Shown: positions 1 through 14,159, counted from the stretch's first letter. The stretch: 64,000 bases of DNA from Octopus sinensis (GCF_006345805.1 NC_043009.1:59458001-59522000); one strand, 5' to 3'. Notes: generated by a model from the letters alone, not told the origin. Numbers and translations: made by a program.

Positions 1-54
1 GGGACTGAACCCAGAACCATGTGGTTGGTAAACAAGCTACTTACCACACAGCCG
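1..54 (-). mobile_element. SINE family A, tRNA-like head (element runs off the window)
   Basis: Reverse complement ggctgtgtggtaagtagcttgtttaccaaccacatggttctgggttcagtccc matches the heads of the copies at 5797, 13527 and 62570. Confidence 0.8.
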
Positions 55-75
55 TGCATCGATTTTGATAGATGA

Positions 76-123
76 AGTCACAACGTTTCGTTTGTTGCAG
101 TCGCAGGTCGTCTTCAGGTGACT
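76..123 (-). ncRNA. Minimal type I hammerhead ribozyme motif, Penelope-like type (stem II degenerate)
   Basis: Minus strand reads agtcac-CTGAAGA-cgacctgcgactgcaacaaac-GAAAC-GTT-gtgact: 6-bp stem I, intact core and palindromic AACGTT stem III. Confidence 0.55.
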
Positions 124-544
124 ACTGATTCGTTAGCATTGATGGAATTTCGTATCGATCAATTTATTACTTGGTCTCATTCCGTTGCCAATGCCGGGAA
201 TTTCTTCGTGTTAGTTAATCTTCTATTTGTGATGCCGACTGCTCAATTCGCTTGAATCAGTTAGAGGGCGTATGTGTGTGCGCGCACGCATGTAAGCATG
301 TGTGTATGCGCTTGTGCGTCTCTGTATGCGCGTATGTAAATGTATATGTTTGTCTGCATAAAAACATTAATATATATATATATATATGTGTGTGTATGTG
401 TGTGTATATGTGTATTTGTGTGTGTATGTGTGTGTGACTCTGTGTGTGGTGAAAAGCGTTCATGAAAACTTTTAATTTCTCCACATGGTGAATTATACTA
501 AAAACATCTGAAAAGAATGAAAATGCGCAGACATTCTGTTAGAC

Positions 545-587
545 TATACACACACACACACACACATACACACACACATATGTATAT

Positions 588-659
<72 letters not shown>

Positions 660-890
660 TATTATATTATATTATATTTAAATCATAGTATATATATACA
701 TATATACATATATCTATCTATCTGTCTTTCTATCTATCTATCTATCTATCAATTTTCTGTCTACCTATATATATATATACTTATACATAGATATATACAC
801 ATATATATCATATATATGTAACATAAGATATAAATATATATATATATATTTATACATATATACATACATATATATATATTTTATATATAA
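545..890. repeat. (CA)n/(TA)n/(TCTA)n compound microsatellite
   Basis: Directly visible. Confidence 0.9.
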
Positions 891-1486
891 AAATACAAAA
901 TTCTCACTTCTCTCCTCTTTTCACTTCACTGTGTCCCTCTCATTTTTTCTCGCCCCTCTTTATTTCTTCTGTTCCTCTGCCTATACCTCTCCCTTTTCTC
1001 TTCTCACGTGACCGGTGTTCGGCCAAGCCTGACATTTCTTTCTTGGTTCGGCCGCCATCCGTGCAACATCTATATTCCTCCATGTGCCTGTGAAATCTTG
1101 TATCCCTGTCGTAAGGCTTGACTTGTATACACGCCAGCCTCATTTAATTCGTCCTTGGTCGAAAGACATCCGTTGTTATGTCCTGTCATTTGTATTTGTG
1201 CAACATTCTCCGTTTTATTTCGGTCCTTGTTTTTGTATACATTTATTGCTTTCTTCCAAGGAATCTAATGCTCTTAGCTTAGTTTTTCCTTGGGGCTGGC
1301 CAGATTGGAGCAATCTCGAGTATAACTAGCCGAAATTGCAAAGTTAATCTGAAAGTCGACCGAGGAAAGAAAACTCTCAATGACCCATCCTTGTTTTCTT
1401 TGTATCGTCTGTCTGGATGTTTTGTTGTCCCTTTTTTGTATCACCACTTATCTGCCTAGATGTTTTGCGTTCTTGTCCCATTTTTG

Positions 1487-1495
<9 letters not shown>
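888..1495. mobile_element. Unclassified insertion in (TA)n, possibly a Penelope-like pLTR relic
   Basis: Complex sequence bounded by (TA)n on both sides, with short inverted termini (aaatacaaaa ... ttttgtattt). No intact ribozyme core is seen. Confidence 0.3.
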
Positions 1496-1554
<59 letters not shown>

Positions 1555-2342
1555 ATATAAAAACTTAAACATATATATGACTTAAACAAGGGCATGATTT
1601 AGCTGATACGTATATGGAACAGTAAGGTGACTACAGCTGAATGTAATAACAGACGTATGTATATATATATGTATATATATCATTTGCCATATATATATAT
1701 ATATATATATATCATATATATATATATATATATATATATCTATATATATATATATATATATACTACGGAATATAAATATTATTATTTATAGAAGCAATCA
1801 ATTATTTCCTCAGTATTGTAAAGGCTTTTAATAATTAATGCATGCAGTTCAGTGAACAAATAGTAAACATTTTATAGTTTGGCATCATTTTTTCCTGAAT
1901 ATCTATATTACGTGCAACGCTATAAACACCGCATGTTGTCTTTTAAGCTCTATCATGAATTAAATAAGGTGTCATAAAAACCGTAATTATTTCTGCCTTG
2001 ACTCAGTGCCATTACACAGTAAGGGGTAGCTAAATGGTTAGTGCGTTGCACTCACGATTGCAAGATTGAGATTTTGATTCCTGGATCAGGCGTTGAGCTG
2101 TGTTCTTGAGCAAAACAGTTCATATCCCGCGTTGCTCCAGTCCACTTTGCCCTAAATGAGAAATCTTGTGTTGAATTAATGTCATGTTCAAAAGGAATGT
2201 TGTGACTCTGGTTACTTAAACGGCCTGGAATGTCAGTAACTGACCCAGTGCATCCAAGAACACGAGATAGTTATATCCAGGGGATAGCTGTTTTGGAGAT
2301 TATCACTGACCTAATTTTCTGAGATGTTTTGTAATATAAATG

Positions 2343-2525
2343 TTTCTTTATTACCCACAAGGGGCTAAACACAGAGAGGACAAACAAGGACAGACAAACG
2401 GATTAAGTCGATTACATCGACCCCCAGTGCGTAACTGGTACTTAATTTATCGACCCCGAAAGGATGAAATGCAAAGTCGACCTCGGCGGAATTTGAACTC
2501 AGAACGTAACGGCAGACGAAATACA
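2343..2525 (-). mobile_element. SINE family B, body lacking the 5' head
   Basis: Matches the copies at 18194 and 60444 (gttcaaattccgccgaggtcgactttgc...tcatcctttcggggtcgataaa). Confidence 0.8.
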
Positions 2526-2532
2526 AGCTTGA

Positions 2533-2745
2533 ATGCGGTGAGCCGACAGAATTGTTGCCACACCGGGCAATATGCTTAGCGGAATTTCATCCATTTATAT
2601 GTTCTGAGTCCAAATTCCGCCAGAGTCGACTTTGCCATTCATTCCTTAGAGATCGATGAAATAAGTACCAGTAGAGTATTGGGGGTCGGTGTACCCGACT
2701 TGCTCTCGTCCCTGAAATTGCTGGCTTGGTACCAACATTTAAAAC
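2533..2745 (+). mobile_element. SINE family B, diverged copy
   Basis: gcggtgagccgacagaa head, then ttctgagtccaaattccgccagagtcgactttgcc core. Confidence 0.65.
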
Positions 2746-2914
2746 CAATGAAAATACAAACCTGGAATTTTTGGTGCTAGGAAAAGAATTCGTCGAATCC
2801 GTTGACCCCAGTGCTTCAGCAAGTGGTTTATTTTGTTGACCCTTATAGTGTCTCAACTTAGAAAGTAAAGAACCGAATCAGATAGCGCGTGGCAATTACT
2901 TTTTCCGCTCATGC

Positions 2915-3080
2915 ATGGCTGTGTGATAAGAAATTCCAACATGGTTTCGGGTTTAATCCCTCTGCTTGGCACCTTCTACTTTAGCCTTGGGCCGGCCAAA
3001 GCCTTGTGAGCGGATTTAGTAGACGGAAATTTAAAGAAGTCTGTGTGTCTGTGTGTGTGTCTGTGTGTGTGTCTGTGTGT

Positions 3081-3127
<47 letters not shown>

Positions 3128-3310
3128 TATTTGCCCATCACCACTTGACAATTGGGGTTGGCGTTTCTACGTCCCCGTATCTAAGCGGTTCGACAAGAGA
3201 CACCTATTAAAATAAATACCAAGATCTAAAAGTAAAATGAGAACGCAGTCGAATCCTCCATTCAGTGCTCCAGCATGGCAGCGGTCTACTGACTGAAACA
3301 AGCAAAAAAA
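2915..3310 (+). mobile_element. SINE family A with internal (TG)n
   Basis: Head, ccaaagccttgtgag...gacggaaa middle, internal microsatellite and gtgctccagcatggc...actgaaacaag tail. Confidence 0.75.
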
Positions 3311-3805
3311 ATATATCTAACGAATTTGCCCTATCAACTGCCAGTCTCATTGTTTCTAACACAGGGCCAAAACCTAAAATTTTTTCATTGGAGCATCCGT
3401 CAATACCAACGACCGTTGTACTTGACATTCTCTTTATTTTTGTCGACCCCGGAAGAATGAAAACGCAAATCTGAACTTGACAGGGTTCGAACTCAGGTCG
3501 TAAAGGATGTAACTAAATAAAGACATTCTCTACGGAGCTCAGAAATAACGGTCTCAAATTTTATCTAAAGGCCAACAATTTTTGGACTTACTTATTTTGA
3601 AGACCTCGAAAGAAAGACTAGCAAAGTCTACCTCGGCGCTCTAAAATAATAATGTTGATTATGTATTTTATATATGTGCTTATGCCTGTGTAAATATAAT
3701 TTTATATAAAAAGCATAAATGTGTGTCTGCTGTTTATGTGCATAGTAGCGCTTACGTCTGCTTATATGCAACCCACTCGGATTTTTTAAAATTCCTGTAA
3801 CGCAT

Positions 3806-3844
<39 letters not shown>

Positions 3845-4221
3845 CCACACATACATATGTCACTCTCTCTCACTCTCACACGTTCTCCCTTTATTCGTGC
3901 GCGTATGTATGTAGTATGTGTATATTTATGTGTGTGTTTGCGTGTGTGTGTACGTGTGTGCTTGTGTGTAAAAGAATATTTTTTTACTATCCAAATACAT
4001 TTAGGTTTTTGCAATATTTGTCATTTTGTTGACGATTTAATGCCTGCCCAGAGTGTTTACTCACAGAGCAGGCTCCACACACACATACACACACACACAC
4101 ACACGCACACACACACGCACACACTCACGCACTTCTATGCACGCATATACACAGACGCACACAAATATATGCAAGCACACTCACACTCAAATATACATAT
4201 ATATATATATATTCATGTCAT

Positions 4222-4446
4222 TATTCTTTTACCTGTTTCAGTTATTTCACTGCAGCCTCGTCGTATATATAATATATATATATATATATATACGATGGGC
4301 TTCTGTCACTTTCCGTCTACCAAATCCACTCACAAGGCTTTGGTCGGCCCGAGGCTACAGTTGAAGGCACTTTCCCATGGTGCCACGCAGTGGGATGAGA
4401 ACCTGGAACGATGTGGTTGGTAAGGACGCTACTTACCACACAGCCA
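4222..4446 (-). mobile_element. SINE family A (internally deleted)
   Basis: Matches family A head and tail on the minus strand. Confidence 0.7.
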
Positions 4447-4479
4447 TATATGCTATACAGATATATAGGTGAATCGATC

Positions 4480-4955
<476 letters not shown>

Positions 4956-5796
4956 TGAGTGATACAAGAGAAAGTGGGAGAAAAAGCTTTGTTTAATTGC
5001 AAACGAGAACTACACTGCTTCTGGTCAATATATCTTGTTACTTGATCGTAGATCTGTTGGCTGTGGCAATAAGGATGCTAATGGCTGTTGTTGTGATGAT
5101 GATAGTGGTAAAGAGGAGGAGGAGGAGAAGGACGACAAAGAGGAGCAGGAAGAGGCTCTTGTTTACAAATGGCCGTTTTATTATCATCTTAACAAAAACC
5201 TGAATAAATATAGAGTCCAAGGTACAGAATATCTTTATAAATTAATAAAACACCACTACACTTTCGAGATAGGTTACCCAGCTGATGGGACTTGAAAAAA
5301 CCAAACAAAACGAAACGAAAAAACACACAGAGATCTTAAAGTTTCTGGTTTCAGTCGTATCTAATTCGATTTCTCTCATTGTCTTTGCTGTAAACAACAT
5401 TTACACCATCAAGTAACAAGATATAATGATTTTAGAAACGGACGGTAGAGTCTTTTGTAATGAAGATGCTATATTTCATCATTCAACTTTCTCTTGTTTC
5501 CATCTCTCTGGCTTCGACTGTGTCTGTCTGCGGAGTTTAGTTATAATGCGTAAAAAGCAGTAACTTTGCAAAACCAGTCAACCGCACATCTTCAGATCTG
5601 GACAGGAGCATTGGTCTCCGGCAACTAGACAGCTCTCACTTGTGGTTCCCAGAAGTATGTTGAGTTCCCCCGATGACCACGCTATGGGTATCTCACTTTA
5701 GTTAGTGAGAAAAACAAAGTTGAGGGTGCCGCCAATCTCGGAAGGATTGTTATACAGGGGAAGTTACTAAAATGACACACGAGACAAAAGTACTCC

Positions 5797-5955
5797 ATGT
5801 GGTAAGTAGCTTGCTTATCAACCACATGGTTCTGGGTTCAGTCCTACTGCGTGGCACTTTAAGCAAGTGTCTTCTTCTATAGCCTTGGGCCGACCAAAGC
5901 CTTGTGAGTGGATTTGGTAGACGGAAACTGAAAGAAGTCCGTCGTATACACACAC

Positions 5956-6007
<52 letters not shown>

Positions 6008-6236
6008 TCTGTGTGTTTGTGTATGTTTGTGTGTCTGTGTTTGTCCACCCAACATCGCTTGACAACCGATAGTGGTGTGTTTACATGCCCGTAACTTAGC
6101 GGTTCGGCAAAAGAAACCGATAAAATAAGTACTAGGCTTACAGAGAATAAATCCTGGGGTCGATTTGCTCGAATAAGGGCGGTGCTCCAGCATGGCCGCA
6201 GTCAAATGACCGAAACAAGTAAAAGAGTAAAAGAGG
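5797..6236 (+). mobile_element. SINE family A, near full length (tRNA head, CORE-like segment, internal (TA)/(TG)n, gtaaaaga tail repeats)
   Basis: Pol III A/B-box-like head (tgtggtaag...ggttcagtcc). Other copies carry ccttgggcaagtg, which resembles the CORE-SINE domain. About 10 copies occur in the window. Confidence 0.85.
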
Positions 6237-6374
6237 GTCAGAAGGCATGACAGAAATATATGAGACACGCTCCTAGGGCACGCGCTTGACAGAATACAGA
6301 CTCGGCCACATACAGCGAGGAGGACATTCCAAAGGCTGGAGCAGCTTCAATGGTAAATGATGCCCCCACCCAGT

Positions 6375-6626
6375 CTTCAAAATCATTTGGACAGAAAATA
6401 TATGAATTCTGTAGATGAGGTCAGAACAGTACTGGAGGAGTATTTTTCGTCACAGACAACTGAATTTTGGAAGAGGGTCCATGCAAGTCTACTAGATAGA
6501 TAGAAGAGCATTGTAGAAAATGAAGGAGAGTATATTTTAGATTAAAAAAGAACTTTGTTTATCTTAATTTTGAAAAATAAAAGAATTATATAAAAAAAAC
6601 TGCGTTATTTATGATATGACCCAATA
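6375..6626 (+). mobile_element. Mariner transposase C-terminal relic with right TIR
   Basis: Translates to ...SVDEVRTVLEEYFSSQTTEFWKRVHASLLDR*KSIVENEGEYILD*, a typical mariner C-terminus, and ends ...gacccaaTA. Confidence 0.65.
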
Positions 6627-7129
6627 CACATTTTGTCTTGGTATGAAAGATGGGCTACGGCAAATATTCTGTTCGGTTATACAGATTTGCTTGTCAGTTG
6701 TTTGGCCTTAAGCAGTTGAACTTAGTGTCTGACAATATGTGCATCTCTGCTCACGAACAAGAGTAGTGGGGTGGGGGACATCTTAGCCAAGTCTTGGGAG
6801 AATTTCTTTGGGGATTGAATAATTTGTCCCTGGAAACATAGGTATTTCGTTCATCTTCCTTAAACAACCCTTATTCAGGGACCTTTTGAACGGGATGGGC
6901 TATTCGACCTTAAGAAAATTCTAACAGGGCCCCACCTGCAAGGTCATGCATTGTTTATCTTGATATGAGATCCCCATGTTGCGCACATATGGTTGTGATG
7001 CATGTGCCTGGTGTACACTTATCAGACGGGTAGTCATGCTGGGTATACTGGGCTTCGTATATTTGTATTCCAGTGTAACTTTGATGGCATGTGCTGTTCT
7101 CTATCTCAATAATAATAATAATAGTAATA

Positions 7130-7170
<41 letters not shown>

Positions 7171-7171
<1 letters not shown>

Positions 7172-7550
7172 CGAAGTTGCTTACTTATCGACCGACCATG
7201 CCCATTTGATTCCAGGATCGTAAAGAAAGAGGAAGAAAAAAAATACAATCCCTTAAAATTTGAAATAGGAAGTGTTTGGCGCATGCGAACAGTAAAGGCC
7301 GGGCCTATCATAATTGGTGCATTGGTAAAAAGTAAGCCAAGATGTAGACAGGAGGCTTAAGGAAATTGGAATAGAATGCCCGGTAGAGCTCCTATAGAAA
7401 GTTCATCTCTTAGGGACGGCAAAGATTATGAGGAAGGTTCTAAGCACATGAAAGACTACTTAATACGTTTAGATACCTAAGGTTACAGGTAGTAATCCGC
7501 TACTTACATAAATCCTACCAGAAATAAAACCGAACCTGAGCTAATCCGAA
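7171..7550 (+). mobile_element. R4/Dong-clade LINE 3' fragment (restriction-like endonuclease end) in (TAA)n
   Basis: Translates to IDRPCPFD..KKYNPLKFEIGSVW..PIIIGAL..LLGTAKIMRKVL, homologous to the 48182 ORF, with TAA repeats on both flanks. Confidence 0.7.
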
Positions 7551-7953
7551 ATAATAATAATTCATTTTATTAGCCACAGGGGCATATGGAAGTGATCGAT
7601 TATTTTAAAATCAAAACAAGACAACGTAAAAGAAGTAATACGAGGCTATGTTTTGTACTTTTAAGTTGACCCTTCGTATTTTCATTTTAGCTTACATTTC
7701 CATATTTCGAGATTTGAACCCATTTTTTTTTTTTCAGGAAATCTTCAGAGAAGGGACTCTGTGAGTTGATATCTCTGTTTTGTTGTCATCTCTGTTTTGC
7801 AGTGAGACCATCAAAAATTATACACACGAACATAAACATATATTATGTGTCGTGTATTTTGTGTATATGATCGTACTATTAAAGTTAGACGGATATAAGT
7901 AAAGTCAACAAGTTGTGTCTGTGTGTATACACGATTACACACAGAGACACACG

Positions 7954-7989
<36 letters not shown>

Positions 7990-8255
7990 TTTATATATGC
8001 AGAGAAGAGGAAGAAGAGAAGAAGAAGAGAGGGGTAGAGAAGTAGATGATGTGAGAAATGGGTGAGAATCGGGAGAAGTAAGGCACAAGGCGAGCGAGAG
8101 TGGGAAATGTTTGTATAGCATATATGCAAATGTATGGGAATACGTGCGCGTGTTTATATTGTATGTATATATATATATATATATATATATAAATATATAT
8201 ATCTGTATATGTATATATATATATATATATTATATATATATATATACGCATACAG

Positions 8256-8325
<70 letters not shown>

Positions 8326-8924
8326 CACACACATATATATATACAAAACGAACCAGAGAGGGCGGGGGAGAGAGGAAGGAGGATAAATAAATAGATAGGT
8401 ACATAAATAGATAGACAGATAAATAAGTTGAGTGTGAGTGCGAAAAACCTACGCCGTCATACACTCATACACACACACACACATATACATACACATATAT
8501 ACATACAAGCCCACGCATCCTACACCACACACACAGAGGCACATACACACACACACAGGCACAAACACACAGACAAATGCTCGGAGAGAGAGTAAAAAAC
8601 ATCTATAAAACACGAACACCCAGCAGTATTTAAGTTATATTTTTTCTAAAGTGGTTTTTAAGCCCATTTTTATCCAATACCCAAACCTCCAGACGGCCAT
8701 AACACCATTTCTAGACTGCTCTACTTTAGACTAAATCACACATAAGCTGGTTTATTTACATATACGCATATGTTTGACGCCAATTTACCATATTTATGAC
8801 AGATAGCTCTATAGAAATGAAAAGATAAATTGTGTTTATTTTGAAAACTTTAAAAATAATACCATTTCACTTTATTCTATGAATATGTTCAGAATAAACA
8901 ATGATTAAATATATTGCTGTACTT

Positions 8925-9895
8925 AGATACGCTTCGTTCTGTTTTGAGTTCAGATACCGTTGAGATCAACGTTTCTTTACATCCATTGGGGTCGATAATA
9001 TAAAGTACTAGTCAATTATTGGAGTCAATCTAAACGAATAACCACGCACACACACACACACCATTCAGAACTGCTGATCTTGTCTGTAAATTTGACATTT
9101 GTAGAGCGTTAGATTGGCAAAATCGCTTGACCATTGATAACATTTTTCATGCCTAAGTTTCGGTGTTGAAATTCACCCAATGTCAAATTTACTTTTCATC
9201 CTTCTAAGGTCGATAAAATAGACCATCAGTTAAGTACGGGATTCAGTTTAGTCGATTAACCCGTTTATTATCAAATTTCTGATCTGCTGCTTATCGTGTA
9301 CGCATAAAAACTATTATAACGACGAAATAACAGAATCGTTAACACATCCGATAAATGCTTACCAACGTTTGTTCCAGCTCTTTGCTTTCTGCGTTCAAAT
9401 TCTGCTGAGGTTGACTTTGTCTTTATTCATTTAGGGATCGATAAAATAAGTGCCAGTTGGGCACTGGAGATCGATAGGATCGATTTCCCCCTTACCTTGT
9501 TATTTACTGTCCTTATGCCCAAATTAGAAATAATTATGAGAGTTCAAATCCCACCGAAATCAGCTTTGCTTTTCATCCTTTCGCGGTCCTTAAATAAAGT
9601 ACCTGTCGAGTACTGGAGTCGATGATATGAACTAACTCCCCCACTTAAAATGGCTAGCTTTTTGCCTAAATTCTGAAGAATTACTTTGGGGTTATGAAGA
9701 GGCAGAATCGTCAGCGCTGGAAACAGTCGTGCAGTATTTTGTTCCAGCTCCCTACGTTTTTATCTCAAATCCCTCCGAGGTTCAAATTTGCCTTTCATCC
9801 CTCTAGGTTCATTGAAACGAAATACGATTGAAATACTGGGATTGAATGTAATGATTACTCCCCCCTCCTCTTAAAATTGTTGGATCTGTGCGAAA
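8925..9895 (+). mobile_element. Cluster of ~6 diverged family-B SINE fragments, all in the same orientation
   Basis: Recurring gttcaaat...ctttcatcc...gtcgataaaa..gtacc...tggagtcgat motifs. Confidence 0.65.
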
Positions 9896-10199
9896 AATTG
9901 ACATTATTATTATTATTATTATTTCAAATATTATAACATTGATACCATTAAACATTAGTTTAATTACCGAGGATTTTAGCCTGAAGCTGGATGACAAGTC
10001 TCTTCAGATTTCAAGGATCTTAAGAGTTTTAAAGAATACAGGAGAGCATTTTTCTGCACGTGTCTCAATTCCAATATCCAATAACATCTGAAGTAGCAGT
10101 TAGGGTTTTGTGCTAAATGCAGCAATTTCAACCATTTTTTTTCCATTGTGTACCACAATCTGTTCATCTCTCTGGCTAAGTCATATTTCTCTCTTATTT

Positions 10200-10299
10200 T
10201 TTTTATTTTTTTATTTTGGAGTGTGTGATTTGCTTGAAATCCACTCAGCTTTCATACGGTAGTGCATAGTCTATGATCTTACACAGTTTTTCATTTCCT

Positions 10300-10334
<35 letters not shown>

Positions 10335-10990
10335 GACTATCTGGCTTTTTTGACTCAATGATAAGACTGTCTGAAGAAATCCCACGAGCTCCTTTAATTA
10401 TCATTCTCCATGACAACCTCTGACTCGTCTTCATCCATTCCCGTCACTTCAAATCCACAAAACTTGTTTAACATCTCAATGCACTCTTTCATCGCCTCAT
10501 TCAATCTCGCGTTTGTATTTTCGCTGTCCATCCTCTTTCCTGTGACATGAGTTTTATCAATATTTGTCTTTATCAAACCCGAGCTAATGACTTGTTCCTG
10601 ATCTGCTATAATTACCGACTCAATTTCTTTCATCAGGTTTCTGTCTTTTAGCCACAACTGACATTCTTCACTTCCAGCTTCTTCGGTTTATAGCATGAAT
10701 TAACCACATAGCTCTTTCTCTTTCCAGCTTGTTACCTTGCCCTTCTTTCTATTTTTGAAAATTACCGATGTCGTAGGAACTTTTAGCTATTTCTAGCCGA
10801 AGGAAAATTCTTCCCTTTCCTTCAACAAAAATTTTCAAACCCCAAAATTAAAAATTTATTTGTTTTCTGCATTTAATGAACCTCTGCCTTCTTCCCTTCT
10901 GGGTAAATAGGGCTTAACAAAAATTTTCAAACCCCAAATCTTAACATTTATTTGTCTTCTACGTTGAATAAACCTCTGCCTCTGTAGGGC
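10200..10990 (-). mobile_element. Degenerate R4/Dong LINE fragment
   Basis: YLPRREEGRG and WLKDRNLMKEIESVIIADQEQ...IDKT align with the WLRSSGLKAE..F..AAQDQ region of the 48182 ORF. A ~95-bp internal duplication lies at 10823-10980. Confidence 0.6.
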
Positions 10991-11051
10991 TTATAGATAT
11001 AAATTTATGGTGGTTTTTGACAGTGTTGTAGTTCGCTTGAAGCATTGTAAT

Positions 11052-11439
11052 GTCCTTTCTACTAAAGTTACAAGGTCTTGGAGGACGCTAGCTGATTACA
11101 TCGAACCCAGTGTTTCATGGAACTTAATTTATCGAGACCGAAAGGATGAAAGGCAAAGTCGACAACGGCGGAATTTGAACTCAGCACGTGAAGACAGACG
11201 AAATACCTATTTCTTTATTACCCGCAAGGGGTTAAACATAGAGGGGACAAACAAGGATAGACATAGGTATTAAGTTGATTACATCGACCCAAGTGCGGAA
11301 CTGGTACTTAATTTATCGACCCCAAAAGGATGAAAGGCAAAGTCAACATCGGAAGAATTTGAACTCACAACGTAACGGCAGACGAAATACCGCTAAGTAT
11401 TTCGACCGGCGTGCTAACGTTTCTGCCAGCTCGTCGCCT
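11052..11439 (-). mobile_element. SINE family B dimer with 15-bp target-site duplication
   Basis: TSD ttgaagcattgtaat at 11037-11051 and 11440-11454; two tandem bodies behind a single head. Confidence 0.85.
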
Positions 11440-11989
11440 TTGAAGCATTGTAATATCGAAGAAATTAAAAAAGGGAGTAAATAGAAAGCTTCTGACAATG
11501 CAAAAGGTTTCATAAAACTTCCTGCGTTGTCAGAAGCTTTCTCTATCCCCCCCCCTTTTTTACCTCATACGCTGTGAGCAGTTTCCAAGTTCGTCTATCC
11601 AGTTATTTTTTTAAAAAAGGAGACAGGAACGGACTATCTCAAAACTGGTATGGTACAAGTATGGATTACCTTGATGATCTCACCTCCCAAACCTTTTCTT
11701 ATACCCTTTGGATATTTTCATTATGGTGTCATCCTGTAGCGCTCCCAGGTACTTGTATTTCTTATTGCTTTTTCAGTGATCTAATGTCATTCCAAATTTT
11801 GGCACCAGACCAGCAGATTTGAATGGAGTGGGTGAGTCGATTATATCACTTCCCCCTTAAGTTCTCAGCTGGTATTTATTTTATTGACTCCGAAAGGAAA
11901 AGGGTGAAGTTGACCTCGATGACATTTCAGCTCAGAACATAAAGAGCAAGAAAAAAAGGAGTCGCTTTCGTTCATTTCACATCTTATGA

Positions 11990-12420
11990 TCACATTGCTG
12001 TTAACCTTCTTATAGATGATAAGGTTCTTCAGACACTCCAGAAAGCAACGTTGTCGCTCATAATCATATGCCTTCCGTCTCCTTCCTAAATGGGGTGATA
12101 CTGTTGTGAGGGATGGCTTCCTGATAATCTTTCCAACTAAGTACAAAGTTATTTCTCATCAGAAATTCGTTTAGTATTATTTTATCGAAATAATATATAT
12201 ATATTAGCAGGTTTTTTATTTCTATCTGCGTCCTTCTTGCGTTTCTGGTAGCAGTTTTTTTCTGTTTACAGAACGCTAAACAATTCATCTGCTATGAAAG
12301 CAGTAAGTAATCTTCAAAGAATTAAGCGCAAAAATAAACCTAAAATTATTGTATTCCACTCGCTTTTTGTTTCAATCATTCTGTATTAACACTGAATTTT
12401 CATCTTGCATGATGGTGCTC
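11990..12420 (-). mobile_element. Possible mariner transposase N-terminal relic
   Basis: CLAFCKQKKTATRNARR resembles the mariner N-terminal HTH region; heavily disrupted. Confidence 0.35.
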
Positions 12421-13174
12421 CATTTTCTTTATATATATATAATCGGTAATAAACTGCTGTATATGACTGAGCGTGTTTGTAATATTTTAAAACCAGAATC
12501 TCAGAAAATTACGCACCGTCAAGAAGCTGCTTCGAAACAAGCCCCATAATTTTGGGGAAGAAGAAATATTCGAGTCATTATCAAGGACATCAGACCTTAC
12601 CTCCTGAGAGGAACTAGAGGCTCCCTTTTCTTGCTCAGCCAGCAGTGATAATGAAAGGAGTGGACAAAGGGAGACTCAATCGCTGCAAGAACAACAGCAA
12701 GGAGCAAACTAGGAGAAAGTCACTCGTTACAGCAAAATCAACCCTACACTTATGAAGATAGGGGCTAAACGGAAACCGAAGGAGAATGACACCTTTTTTT
12801 TCTTGTCATGGCAATGAAAGGCAAACACACTGCAGCAGTAACAATGGAAAAAGTCAATAAAAGACACTTGTAGGGATACAGTTCTGTGAAAATAAGATGC
12901 TCATTGTGAAGGAATCATTCCCTATCCAAGAGATTCCATGTCTCGTAAAGATCTCAAGAGGACAGCACCCCTTGTAAAGGTGCTTCTATCTTATTCTTGG
13001 AGAAACCCATCTCCACCACGAATTTATTAATTTCATATCATTCCAAAGACCAACTAATACATGGAACACCCACGCAAAAAGCACGGGGCCTCTCCAGTCG
13101 AAATACAGTTTGAAAAGAAGGGATATAACTACAAATGCAAAAAAAATTTAATAATATTTCAAAAGATAGGGGAT

Positions 13175-13527
13175 TCTTTTATTCTTTTATTTGTTTCAGT
13201 CATTTGACTGCGGCCATGCTGGAGCACCGCCTTTAGTCAAGCAAATTGACCCCAGGACTTATTCTTTGTAAGCCTAGTACTTATTCTATCGGTCACTCTT
13301 GCCGAACCGCTTGGTCACGGGGACGTAAACAAGCCAGCATCGGTTGTCAAGCGATGTTGGGGGCTTCAACGGGCTTCTTTCAGTTTCCGTCTACCAAATC
13401 CACTCTCAAGGCTTTGGTCGACCCGAGGCTATTGTAGAAGGCACTTGCCCAAGGTGCCACGCAGTGGGATTGAACCCGGAACCAGGTGGTTCGTAAGCAG
13501 GTTACTTACCACACAGCCACTCCTGCA
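13175..13527 (-). mobile_element. SINE family A
   Basis: Head gcaggagtggctgtgtggtaag and family tail both present; internal segment deleted. Confidence 0.85.
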
Positions 13528-13994
13528 AGAAAAACATTTCCGAAGTCGTGTATTACTTGTTAATTGATATCCACAAGATGTAAGCCCTTCTCGTCCACTT
13601 TGACCCAAAAGCTTATGGAAGACTCCCGGAGTTCTCACCGTAAGGAATACTATAAAAGTATGGAGAAACAGTGTAGAAAGAAGTTTGTAATTGGTGCTGT
13701 GGTATGATGTAATCAAAATATGCAATTACACTTACATGCGCACGCACACCCACGCGCACACACACACACACACACACAGGGAGTCGTCTAAGGGTTTTAC
13801 TTATCGGTTTCGCGCAGTAGAGTTTTGGATGAAACCCAATTTGGCACGCGTCAGAAGGGGCGGGTGAGGAAGCTCATGGCAATGGCTCTCTGCCACTGTA
13901 GGTCAGGAAGTGTCACATCCGGTTTATGGTAGCCGAGAAGAACCAGAACGCCCCTGCGCACGTGGATATGCATACATTTATATATATGCATATT

Positions 13995-14040
<46 letters not shown>

Positions 14041-14066
14041 ATATACATATATATATACATATATAT

Positions 14067-14097
<31 letters not shown>

Positions 14098-14103
14098 TAT
14101 ATA

Positions 14104-14159
<56 letters not shown>

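Noticed and set aside
6630-7110. Possible SINE-like element ending in (AAT)n
   Set aside because: Single copy in the window with no recognisable head, TIR or TSD, so it cannot be classified from this sequence.
13780-13965. GC-richer island possibly derived from a retroelement
   Set aside because: No convincing protein motif in any frame.
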